DNA from: a virus
Lineage: Duplodnaviria; Heunggongvirae; Uroviricota; Caudoviricetes
Strand: one strand, 5' to 3'
Length of the DNA: 39,912 bases
Virus record (IMG/VR): IMGVR_UViG_3300016476_000468
Location: 1-39,912 of that record
This document shows, piece by piece, positions 24,651 to 32,948 of this stretch. The notes beneath the pieces are model-generated. The model was not told the origin of the DNA. It did not search any database and saw only the letters and a program-made list of their open reading frames with translations. The position numbers were made by a program, and so were the translations under genes. Each line of letters starts with the position of its first letter. Position 1 is the first letter of the stretch.

Positions 24651-24684
24651 TGTTTTTATCAACCAAAGAAAGCGAAGGTGTGCT

Positions 24685-25167
24685 ATGAAGCGTATTGACA
24701 TCGACGAAGTAAAGGCTTTCATCGAGGCTCAATCTCCAGAAACAAAAATCTATATCGGGGCAGATTCTGAACGATTCCCGATTGGTAATGAATGGTACGC
24801 AGATTACACACTTGCAATTGTTGTTCACATTGATGGTAAACACGGTTGTAAGATTTTCGGAGAAGTGCAACGTGAACGTGACTGGGATCAAAAGAAGAAC
24901 CGTCCACGTATGCGTCTAATGAACGAAGTATACAAGATTGCTGAACTGTATCAAAAGCTACACGAAGTGCTTGAAGATAGACAAGTTGAAATCCACTTGG
25001 ACATCAACCCTAACGAAAAGTACGGATCTAGCTGCGTTATCCAAGAAGCAACTGGATACATTCGTGGTATGTGCAACGTAGTGCCACTGGTTAAGCCACA
25101 AGCATTCGCTGCATCTTACTGCGCTGACCGTTTGAAACACATTATGAGCCACCAAAAGGCTGCATAA
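24685..25167 (+). CDS. RNase H-like YkuK (DUF458) family protein
   Basis: IYIGADS, RLMNEV, EIHLDIN, KPQAFAASYCAD. Confidence 0.85.
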   Translation: MKRIDIDEVKAFIEAQSPETKIYIGADSERFPIGNEWYADYTLAIVVHIDGKHGCKIFGEVQRERDWDQKKNRPRMRLMNEVYKIAELYQKLHEVLEDRQVEIHLDINPNEKYGSSCVIQEATGYIRGMCNVVPLVKPQAFAASYCADRLKHIMSHQKAA

Positions 25168-25177
25168 ATACGATTAT

Positions 25178-25253
25178 GCTTCTATGGCAGAGTGGCTTAT
25201 GCGACCGTCTCTAAAACGGATTGAGGTGGGTTCAAATCCCGCTAGAAGCACCA
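25178..25253 (+). tRNA. Amber suppressor tRNA (CUA)
   Basis: CCGT-CT CTA AA-ACGG; GCTTCTA/TAGAAGC-ACCA; intact D and T arms. Confidence 0.85.
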
Positions 25254-25361
25254 ACTATTTTATGAAAGGATATGCTATGGAGAAACTCTCAGCATAGATT
25301 CGACCACCGTAACGATTCTCTTTGCTTAAACTATTCATTTATTTTAACAAGGAGAATCAAA

Positions 25362-25727
25362 ATGTGTATCGAATTAAAAATCAAAGCAAAACATCTAGCC
25401 CTCGAGCCTAAAATTATCAAGCATGAGGAGCGAAAACTAAAGGGACAAATTAAGTACACCAACGGTACTGACATCAGTCTGATCTGGAAACTAAACAGCC
25501 TGACTAGTCACCGTAAGTGGAATGTGCGAAATGAAGCCCGAGCCACTGAACTAGCAAGAGCATATCTCGCTGGTAAACCATACAGTTACGTGGAGAAGAC
25601 ACGAAAGAATGAAGTAATGTTCCAACTTTACATCGTTCCTCGTATCGTGTCCATGGTGACCAAATACGGTAAAGGTGAGCAGAGAAAGATCGATGCTGCA
25701 GTCATTAAAGAGTGGTCAAAACTTTAA
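25362..25727 (+). CDS. Basic hypothetical phage protein (121 aa)
   Basis: AAGGAG RBS; ELKIKAKHL...HRKWNVRNEARAT..ARAYLAGKPY. Confidence 0.7.
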   Translation: MCIELKIKAKHLALEPKIIKHEERKLKGQIKYTNGTDISLIWKLNSLTSHRKWNVRNEARATELARAYLAGKPYSYVEKTRKNEVMFQLYIVPRIVSMVTKYGKGEQRKIDAAVIKEWSKL

Positions 25728-25786
25728 AAATAATTTGACTAAATAGAGTACCTGACCTCGAGTTGGGACTCCACCGTAAGGTGTTC

Positions 25787-25814
25787 GAGCAGCGCCAGTC
25801 GCTGCTCTCTTTTT
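25787..25814 (+). terminator. Intrinsic terminator
   Basis: GAGCAGCG-CCAGT-CGCTGCTC-TCTTTTT. Confidence 0.7.
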
Positions 25815-25826
25815 ATAAAATAGTTG

Positions 25827-25855
25827 TTGACTTGCAACTATATTTGTTGTAGAAT
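25827..25855 (+). promoter_or_regulatory. Sigma70 promoter TTGACT-17-TAGAAT
   Basis: Directly upstream of the 25866 RNA. Confidence 0.75.
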
Positions 25856-25865
25856 AATGTCTTAG

Positions 25866-26066
25866 TTGGGATGAGTACAGCAGTCTAAACAACTACTGAA
25901 CTGGGTGGTGAGAAAACCATCCTAGGGGACATACCTGAAGTAATAGTGATACCAGAGAACTGGATATGTTGGTCGCTAAGAATGGCGACTCGTTTACAGT
26001 GGGGATACGCCGAAAGGAGCACTGTGGTTCGCAAACCGAGTTAATACTAACCCGATCATCCCGTTG
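25866..26066 (+). ncRNA. Large (about 200 nt) shared-stem RNA with multi-hairpin cargo
   Basis: TTGGGATGAGTACAGCAG...TCATCCCGTTG (compensatory G-C for A-T); several AGAA-loop hairpins. Confidence 0.7.
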
Positions 26067-26092
26067 ACTTGCAATTATATTTAATGTATAAT
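26064..26092 (+). promoter_or_regulatory. Sigma70 promoter TTGACT-17-TATAAT
   Basis: Upstream of the 26103 RNA and the DUF2828 gene. Confidence 0.78.
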
Positions 26093-26102
26093 TGCTCTCT
26101 TG

Positions 26103-26278
26103 TTAGGATAGGTTCAGCAAACAATTTATTTGGTGGCGCAAGCTACCACTTAGAACTGAAAGAACTGTGATATTCACTGGAGCCTGTATGGGCTTTGAAG
26201 GTGGTTATCGTGTGACGGTTCTCTCAAGGTGAGTTTCGATTTCTCACTGGAAACAAAAAGAAGGAAACTATCCTGTTG
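26103..26278 (+). ncRNA. Large (about 175 nt) shared-stem RNA in the leader of the DUF2828 gene
   Basis: TTAGGATAGGTTCAGCAA...GTGAG-TTTCGATTT-CTCAC (T-arm-like)...AACTATCCTGTTG. Confidence 0.72.
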
Positions 26279-26323
26279 TTTTGATTTAGGCTTTTGTTGC
26301 CTGTTATTTGTAAAGGAGTGTCC

Positions 26324-27760
26324 ATGAACACTTTCGTTTCTGCCGTTCAAAATCAATCTGCACGCACTACTAACGGCATGCGTGCTCGTAAGTCTACTGC
26401 ATCTGCATGCGTAGATCTTTTCTTCAAAATCGGTGCTTCACGTGGTAAGGACATCACTAAGGACTTTGTTGCTGCTTATGTAGAAAACAAGGACATCGCA
26501 TTGCGTATCGCCCAATGGGTTCGTGATGCTCGTGGTGGTGCTGGTGAACGTGAACTGTTCCGTCAAATTCTTGCTTACTTGGATAAGCATGACCCTGATG
26601 CAGCTGCAAAGCTGTTGATGAAGGTTCCAGAGATCGGTCGTTGGGACGACATCTTTGTTGTGAAGAACGACAAGTTGAAGTACCAAGCATTCTCTATGCT
26701 GGGCGATGCCCTGCGTGCAAAGAATGGTCTGGCTGCTAAGTGGACTCCACGTAAGGGTGAGTTGGCTGTTGAGATTCGTAATTTCTTCGGCATGTCTCCT
26801 AAGTTTTACCGTAAGTCTCTTGTTGAATTGACTAAGGTCGTTGAACAAGATATGTGCGCTAAGAACTGGGATGCAATCAACTTCTCTCACGTTCCTTCTG
26901 TGGCTCATGCTCGTTACAAGAAGGCATTCTTCCGTAACACTCAAGAGTACGCTAAGTACGTTGCAGAGTTGGTCAAGGATCCTAAGGATCGCACTGTTCA
27001 AGTGAAGATCAACGCTGGTGCTGTGTACCCTTACGATGTGTTGAAGGGTGTTATCGGTGCTTACAACAAGAACTACAACTCTACTGAGTTGGGTGCTCTG
27101 CAAGCACAATGGGATGCTCTGGAAAACTTCATCGGCGATGCTAACGTATTGCCTCTTGTAGACGTTTCTGGCTCCATGACTTGCAAGGCTGGTGGTTATG
27201 GCTCTAAGAGCGAAACTACTTGCTTGGATGTTGCAGTTTCTCTTGGTTTGTACTGTGCAGACAAGAACACTGGAAAGTTCAAGGATACCTTCCTGACTTT
27301 CTCTGGTTCTCCAGAACTGTTGCACCTAAAGGGTAACATCGTTCAGAAGGTTCAACAAATGGTATCTTCTAACTGGGGTATGAACACTGACTTGGTTCGT
27401 GCGATGGATAAAATCCTGAAGACTGCTAAGGCTGGTGGTGTTCCTCAAGAAGAAATGCCAGAAGTTCTGTTGATCATGTCTGACATGCAGTTTGATGCTT
27501 GCGCTCGTTTCGATGACTCAGCAATGAAGATGATCGAACGCAAGTTCAACGAAGCTGGTTACGATCTGCCAAAGATCGTATTCTGGAACCTGAATGCGCA
27601 CGACAACGTGCCAGTCAAGTACGACACTCGTGGCGTTGCCCTTGTGTCTGGTTTCTCGCCAGCTATCATGGTTGGTGTTCTTGGTGGAGACACTGAGAAC
27701 TTCACTCCAGAGGCAATCATGATGAAGACTGTCATGAACGAACGCTACAACCTAGTCTAA
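26324..27760 (+). CDS. DUF2828-family Ro60/TROVE-related helical + vWA protein
   Basis: RTTNG, DLFF, RDARGGAGER, GRWDD, AAKWTPR; vWA MIDAS VDVSGSM, SDMQFD, IVFWNL; AAGGAG RBS. Confidence 0.85.
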   Translation: MNTFVSAVQNQSARTTNGMRARKSTASACVDLFFKIGASRGKDITKDFVAAYVENKDIALRIAQWVRDARGGAGERELFRQILAYLDKHDPDAAAKLLMKVPEIGRWDDIFVVKNDKLKYQAFSMLGDALRAKNGLAAKWTPRKGELAVEIRNFFGMSPKFYRKSLVELTKVVEQDMCAKNWDAINFSHVPSVAHARYKKAFFRNTQEYAKYVAELVKDPKDRTVQVKINAGAVYPYDVLKGVIGAYNKNYNSTELGALQAQWDALENFIGDANVLPLVDVSGSMTCKAGGYGSKSETTCLDVAVSLGLYCADKNTGKFKDTFLTFSGSPELLHLKGNIVQKVQQMVSSNWGMNTDLVRAMDKILKTAKAGGVPQEEMPEVLLIMSDMQFDACARFDDSAMKMIERKFNEAGYDLPKIVFWNLNAHDNVPVKYDTRGVALVSGFSPAIMVGVLGGDTENFTPEAIMMKTVMNERYNLV

Positions 27761-27802
27761 CTAGGACGGGACGCATTGACTGGTGTGCGTAATCACCAGT
27801 CA

Positions 27803-27954
27803 CTATAATTCAGTGCACTTTTGTCTTTGTTCGGGGTTTAGGTTCCACGTTAGACATGCCAGAACGAGAATAGTCCTGCAGGGTAATGCTCGTGGTAACA
27901 TGTTAATACCTACAGGTGAAATTGACAGCCACTTGGGAGTGTACTGAATTATGG
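27803..27954 (+). ncRNA. Long-stem-closed structured RNA (unknown)
   Basis: CTATAATTCAGTGCACTTT pairs with GGGAGTGTACTGAATTATGG. Confidence 0.55.
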
Positions 27955-27962
27955 TATAAATA
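27955..27962 (+). promoter_or_regulatory. T4 late promoter TATAAATA
   Basis: Exact consensus 5 nt before ATG 27968. Confidence 0.75.
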
Positions 27963-27967
27963 CATTT

Positions 27968-28702
27968 ATGAAAACATATAGTGTACAAAAATTTGACGAC
28001 ATCATTGACCCAGACCTGCAGTGGCGTGTCTGGGATTACATCCAAAATCAAACTTTCCATGCCACAAGGAAAGATGTCCCTTATCCAAAACCTGGATCAG
28101 TAATCTACTACAAACCCATCGACAATAAAAAAGAGTATCTTGACGATACTATTCCGTCGGTAAACAATCAATATATGCACCGATGCGTATTTGGTATGCG
28201 TGGTGAAGGTCATCCAGTTATCCTAGAGCTATGGGATAGCATCAACAAACACTTTGGCAATAAATTCACTATAGATGGCGACGCTGAGGGTATGGCTGAC
28301 CCAAATCTGAAATACAGATATTCAATGTGCTATGTGAATGCACAACCAGAAGAAACTATCAAACGTTCTCATGGTATCCACAGAGATACTATTGATCTGG
28401 ATAAAGAAACTCACTACACGCTACTTTACATCGCCAATCCTACTTGGTATCCTACTTGGATGGGCGAGAATATCTTTTATTCAGACGATGAAACTACTGG
28501 CGACAGGCAGCAATTCCAAAAAGGTTATGGACAGTCTAGAGGTTTCACTGTAGGTGAACCTTTTGAGATTATCTCTCCAAAACCTGGAAGAGTTATTATG
28601 TATGATGGTAGAACGCTACACACTACCAGACCTGTTGCGCCATGGGCTCCACACATGCGCTATGCAGTAGTTTTCAGAATTAGAAAACGTGGAATCAAGT
28701 GA
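27968..28702 (+). CDS. 2OG-Fe(II) oxygenase
   Basis: IHRD, TLLYIANPTW, PKPGRVIMYDG..LH, RYAVVF. Confidence 0.8.
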   Translation: MKTYSVQKFDDIIDPDLQWRVWDYIQNQTFHATRKDVPYPKPGSVIYYKPIDNKKEYLDDTIPSVNNQYMHRCVFGMRGEGHPVILELWDSINKHFGNKFTIDGDAEGMADPNLKYRYSMCYVNAQPEETIKRSHGIHRDTIDLDKETHYTLLYIANPTWYPTWMGENIFYSDDETTGDRQQFQKGYGQSRGFTVGEPFEIISPKPGRVIMYDGRTLHTTRPVAPWAPHMRYAVVFRIRKRGIK

Positions 28703-28706
28703 TGTG

Positions 28707-29207
28707 ATGAATTTTTATTGTCTAGAATCTTTTCCTGAACTACCAGCACATTATATCGAAGAAGGTCTGTCTGTGGACTATGCTCTGTATAATAGCGGTG
28801 CACATACAGATATAAGATCCAAAACAAGTTTCGAAAATTCTAGTTTCTTTGCTGCACTAAAAGAAAATCTAGGTAGCGTTACTTGTATGTGGGCTAAGTA
28901 TAGACCAATGTCTATCCTAGACTGGCACACTGATCCAGGAAGAAAGTGTTCTATCAATATCCCAATCAAAGCACATCCTTCTGCTAAAACTTACTATCGA
29001 AAACGTTACGCTGGTGCGATGTACGATGTCGAAGAAGTTAAATACATAATGCTTAAACCAACCATTATGGATGTGACAAAACCACACTGCGTGTTTAATG
29101 TGTGCAATGAAGAAAGAATTACATTAAGCATTTCGTTTATCAACGCATCATTCTCTCAAACAGTAGAGTTTCTAAGGAATTATGAATCTAGCGGATGTTA
29201 TCGATAA
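28707..29207 (+). CDS. 2OG-Fe(II)/cupin oxygenase-like protein
   Basis: WHTD, SINIPI, PHCV, RITLSI. Confidence 0.65.
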   Translation: MNFYCLESFPELPAHYIEEGLSVDYALYNSGAHTDIRSKTSFENSSFFAALKENLGSVTCMWAKYRPMSILDWHTDPGRKCSINIPIKAHPSAKTYYRKRYAGAMYDVEEVKYIMLKPTIMDVTKPHCVFNVCNEERITLSISFINASFSQTVEFLRNYESSGCYR

Positions 29208-30621
29208 AAGACTCGCTAATAGTTTATGTCTGATTCTCGTAGAAAACGATGGTAGTTCTAAAAAATACACCTACAAAGAATTAGATGAGATGTCCTCTTG
29301 GTTCGCAAGAGGACTAGTCGCACGTGGAATCAAACAAAGTGAGTGCATAGCTATTCTGTCAGACAATAGCTTTGAATACATCGTCGCATACTATGGTGCT
29401 CTGAAAGCTGGTGTTGTTGCTGTGCTCATTAATAACAAGATGGCGCAGAATGAAATTGAATATGTTCTTTCTGACAGTGGAGCAAAACTGTTATTCAGTG
29501 ACGACAGTAGAACATTCGACATCCCAACTGTTCAACTTAATTCACTCGACGGTTTCTTTGATCGTGGAGAGTTTACTGCTGTTTCTGTAGAAGATGACCA
29601 TCAAGCAATAATTCTATACACTAGTGGTTCTACAGGACTACCAAAGGGTGTTGTTTATACTCACAGTAATCATATGTGGGTTGTTAATAAACACGCAAGC
29701 GAGGGAGCAGAAGCTGAGCGTTTTAAAAAAGTTAAGACGCTTATTGTAACCCCAATATATCATCTAAATGGATTGGCTGGTGTAGAGATACAACTCAAGA
29801 AGGGTAACGTTCTCGTCATGTTGCGTAAGTTTAATTCTTCTGTTGCGATAAAAGCAATCGAGGAACATAAGGTAAATGTTATCGCAACGATCACTACTAC
29901 GATGGCATTAATTGCTAACGATCCATCTATCGTTAACGCACAACTACATACAGTTAATTCTATTCGTATTGGTAGTTCTATTACTACAGAAGCTACGATC
30001 AATAAGATAAAAAAGCATTTCCCAAGAGCAACAATCCTTATCACTTATGGATCGACTGAGACTGGTCCAGGTATGTTTGCTGGTCATCCACAAAAGAAAA
30101 GACCACCACCAACCAGTGTTGGTTATCCGATTCCTGGAATCGAATATAGAATCGTTGACGGTATCCTACAAGTTAAAACACCATCGATGATGGTTGAATA
30201 TAAAAACAAGAAAGAGCTTTTCGATAGCAGATTCACTGAAGATGGATTCTACATAACTGGTGATCTGTTTGAAGTAGATTCAGATGGATTCTATTACTGT
30301 AAAGGTAGAGCAGACGAGATGTTCAAGTCTGGTGGTAACATAGTGTATCCATCAGAGATCGAAAACCTACTCGAAGGGCATCCAAAGATAACAATGGCTG
30401 CTGTTATTGCAGTAGAGGATGAACTAAAACAATTCTTACCAGTTGCATTTGTAGTGGCAGATGGATTATCTGAACAAGATGTCAAAGACTATATACTATC
30501 TAAGACCGCTGCATATAAGCATCCAAGAAAGGTTATCTTTCTAGAAACGATGCCAACGATCGGTAGCGGTAAAGTTGATAAAGTGAAACTCAAACAACAT
30601 TATAAGGAACATTATGTTTGA
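29182..30621 (+). CDS. Acyl-CoA synthetase / ANL adenylating enzyme
   Basis: YTSGSTGLPKG, YGSTE, TGD, GRADE, SGKVDK. Confidence 0.92.
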   Translation: MNLADVIDKRLANSLCLILVENDGSSKKYTYKELDEMSSWFARGLVARGIKQSECIAILSDNSFEYIVAYYGALKAGVVAVLINNKMAQNEIEYVLSDSGAKLLFSDDSRTFDIPTVQLNSLDGFFDRGEFTAVSVEDDHQAIILYTSGSTGLPKGVVYTHSNHMWVVNKHASEGAEAERFKKVKTLIVTPIYHLNGLAGVEIQLKKGNVLVMLRKFNSSVAIKAIEEHKVNVIATITTTMALIANDPSIVNAQLHTVNSIRIGSSITTEATINKIKKHFPRATILITYGSTETGPGMFAGHPQKKRPPPTSVGYPIPGIEYRIVDGILQVKTPSMMVEYKNKKELFDSRFTEDGFYITGDLFEVDSDGFYYCKGRADEMFKSGGNIVYPSEIENLLEGHPKITMAAVIAVEDELKQFLPVAFVVADGLSEQDVKDYILSKTAAYKHPRKVIFLETMPTIGSGKVDKVKLKQHYKEHYV

Positions 30622-31360
30622 ACAGCTACATTCCTTAATTGGACAGACTGTTGTCATTACTGGTGCGAATGGAGCCATCGCCAGAGCAGCAGCAAAACGA
30701 CTTCGTGGTCTAGGTGCCACTGTAGTCGGAATCGCAAGAACCGATACCAAAGAAATCCGAGACTTCTACGCATCTGAAAGCGTTGAGGGTATTTTGTATT
30801 TCGCAGATGTGACCGACACTGCTGCTATTAGAACTATCGCCAAAGAAATTAACCAGTGTGATATTCTTATTAATAATGCTGGGTGGACTAAAATTGTACC
30901 ACACCATGACTTGGATGGTTTGAGTGATGATGACTTAGACAAGATGCTCGGCGTCAATCTAAAGTCTGTTTATACTACGACCAGAGAGTTTCTACCTCTA
31001 CTGCGTCAAAGCAACTATGGTACGATCATCAACATCTCCTCCGCTTCTGCCAATGGTGCAGGATACGGTAGTAATGTTATGTACTCGGCAACCAAGTCTG
31101 CTATTAACTCCCTGACCAAAGATTGGGCTAGAGCACTAGCACCAAAAGTTCGTGTAATCTCTATTTCACCACCTCTGGTTATGGACTCTGATTTTTCTGG
31201 TTGGAGTAGAGAAGATAAAATCAAACGTGGTATGAAGTTGCCTCTAAAAAGAGGATCTAACACAGAAGATATCGCTAACGCTATTGAAGCATATCTAACC
31301 AAGATTCGTTTTGCAACTGGTGTTGATGTTATTGTCGATGGTGGGAGAAACTTACAATGA
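30614..31360 (+). CDS. Short-chain dehydrogenase/reductase
   Basis: TGANGAIA, NNAG, NISS, YSATK, VDGG. Confidence 0.92.
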   Translation: MFEQLHSLIGQTVVITGANGAIARAAAKRLRGLGATVVGIARTDTKEIRDFYASESVEGILYFADVTDTAAIRTIAKEINQCDILINNAGWTKIVPHHDLDGLSDDDLDKMLGVNLKSVYTTTREFLPLLRQSNYGTIINISSASANGAGYGSNVMYSATKSAINSLTKDWARALAPKVRVISISPPLVMDSDFSGWSREDKIKRGMKLPLKRGSNTEDIANAIEAYLTKIRFATGVDVIVDGGRNLQ

Positions 31361-32253
31361 TTACCCGTAAACAAAAGACTGTTCTTACCTGTGCAGTCAC
31401 TGGTGGTGTTACTACTAAAGAAAACACTCCGTATCTTCCTTGCACTCCTCAGCAGATCGCTACAGCCTCGTTAGAAGCAGCCGAAGCTGGCGCTGCTGTA
31501 GTTCATATTCACGTTAGAGAAGATGATGGTAGACCTAGCATAAGCCTAGACAAATATAGGGAAACTGTAGATCTTATTCGAAAAGAAAACGACAAACTAA
31601 TCATTAACCTGACGACTGGTCCAGGTGCTAAGTTCATTCCTGAAAACAGTAGACTAATGACTGGACGTCCAGAATCTACTATGCTGCCAGCTGGTCGTCG
31701 TGTATCACACATTCTTCAGATCAAACCTGACATCTGCTCTATCGACTTCAACACTATGAACGAGAGTGACCAAAAGCGCATTCGTATGAATATGCCATAT
31801 GTAGTCAAGGAGATGCTTAAGCTGGTGCAGTCTGTGGGAACTAAACCAGAACTAGAGATTTTTGGTTCTGGTGACTTTTATCTTGCTCGTGAGATGGAAC
31901 GAGAAGGAATATTCACTACTGGCAAGCCACTGTGGCAGTTTGCTACTGGAGTCAAGTACGGTATTATGCCAACTCCAGAAGCTATTCATTACTACCATAG
32001 TATGCTTCCAGATGATGCGCTGTGGTCTGCGTTCGGTATCGGTAAAGAAGAGATGCCTATGGTCGCTACTACTTGGTTGTATGGTGGACACGTTCGTGTT
32101 GGTATCGAAGACAACGTATATCTTGAGAAAGGTGTGCTCGCAGAAACTAATGCACAGTTGGTCCAGAAAGCAGTCAGAATCGTAAAAGATCTCGGTGGAG
32201 AGATTGCTACATATGAAGAGGCGAGACAAATTTATGACTTGCCGCAAAGATAA
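31357..32253 (+). CDS. Beta-keto acid cleavage enzyme (BKACE/DUF849)
   Basis: TCAVTG, AGAAVVHIHVR, KPELE, GGHVRVGIEDN. Confidence 0.92.
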   Translation: MITRKQKTVLTCAVTGGVTTKENTPYLPCTPQQIATASLEAAEAGAAVVHIHVREDDGRPSISLDKYRETVDLIRKENDKLIINLTTGPGAKFIPENSRLMTGRPESTMLPAGRRVSHILQIKPDICSIDFNTMNESDQKRIRMNMPYVVKEMLKLVQSVGTKPELEIFGSGDFYLAREMEREGIFTTGKPLWQFATGVKYGIMPTPEAIHYYHSMLPDDALWSAFGIGKEEMPMVATTWLYGGHVRVGIEDNVYLEKGVLAETNAQLVQKAVRIVKDLGGEIATYEEARQIYDLPQR

Positions 32254-32258
32254 ATGGA

Positions 32259-32948
32259 GTGATAATGGAACAAAAGAAAATTACCTATCTAGAGCACAAC
32301 GATGAAGTTGTAGACGAGGTGCATAACCTTTGGCATACACCAGTTGTAACTGCCAAACCTTTCGACAATAAATTTCTTGATAAGTTATGCGAAGACGTTA
32401 AGTATCTACTAAAACCTGGAGCACCAGGAACGCTAAACCAAACTAACCTCTGGGATCTGCCAGACCTACCAGAAACTATGCTTGCAGTCAGAGACAAGAT
32501 GGTAGAGCTAACAGAAAAATACTATCGACCTCTGACAGAGATGCCACTGCCACCACTGTATGGTAGCAAAGGTTACTTCCGTGAGATCAAACAGAACTCT
32601 GTTTATCGTATCTCACCACACAAACACGCTCAAACACTAGGTGTTGGTATCATCTATATTGATGTACCAAAACGTAATGCTGGTAATCTGATGATGATCG
32701 ATCCACGTGGCGGTGTGCTATGGCACAATCAATTCACTCCATTCAAGCGAGTCGCTGTCGAGCGTGGGCTTATGGTTATCCATCCAGGATACATTACACA
32801 CTTCGTTGAGCCAACAGACTACAACAACGCACGATTCGACTATCGTCTTGCTATCATTTCCAATATTCACTGGAAACATTCTGACTTTATTAAAGAGTTG
32901 GAAAAGAACGAAGAGTCTGTTTACAAAATGGGAAGTATCGAGGTATAA
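32259..32948 (+). CDS. Putative 2OG-Fe(II) oxygenase (TIGR02466-like)
   Basis: PHKH, DPRGG, HPGYITHFV, RLAIISN. Confidence 0.75.
   Translation: MIMEQKKITYLEHNDEVVDEVHNLWHTPVVTAKPFDNKFLDKLCEDVKYLLKPGAPGTLNQTNLWDLPDLPETMLAVRDKMVELTEKYYRPLTEMPLPPLYGSKGYFREIKQNSVYRISPHKHAQTLGVGIIYIDVPKRNAGNLMMIDPRGGVLWHNQFTPFKRVAVERGLMVIHPGYITHFVEPTDYNNARFDYRLAIISNIHWKHSDFIKELEKNEESVYKMGSIEV

Noticed and set aside
20007-26278. Shared AGGAT...CAGCAA / ATCCTGTTG motifs as a CRISPR array or simple terminators
   Set aside because: Spacing is irregular, the two halves pair with each other with compensatory changes, the enclosed cargo is tRNA-like, and no cas genes are present.
26438-27325. 295-aa minus-strand ORF and other antisense ORFs in the track
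   Set aside because: They are shadows of well-supported plus-strand genes, with no motifs or RBS.
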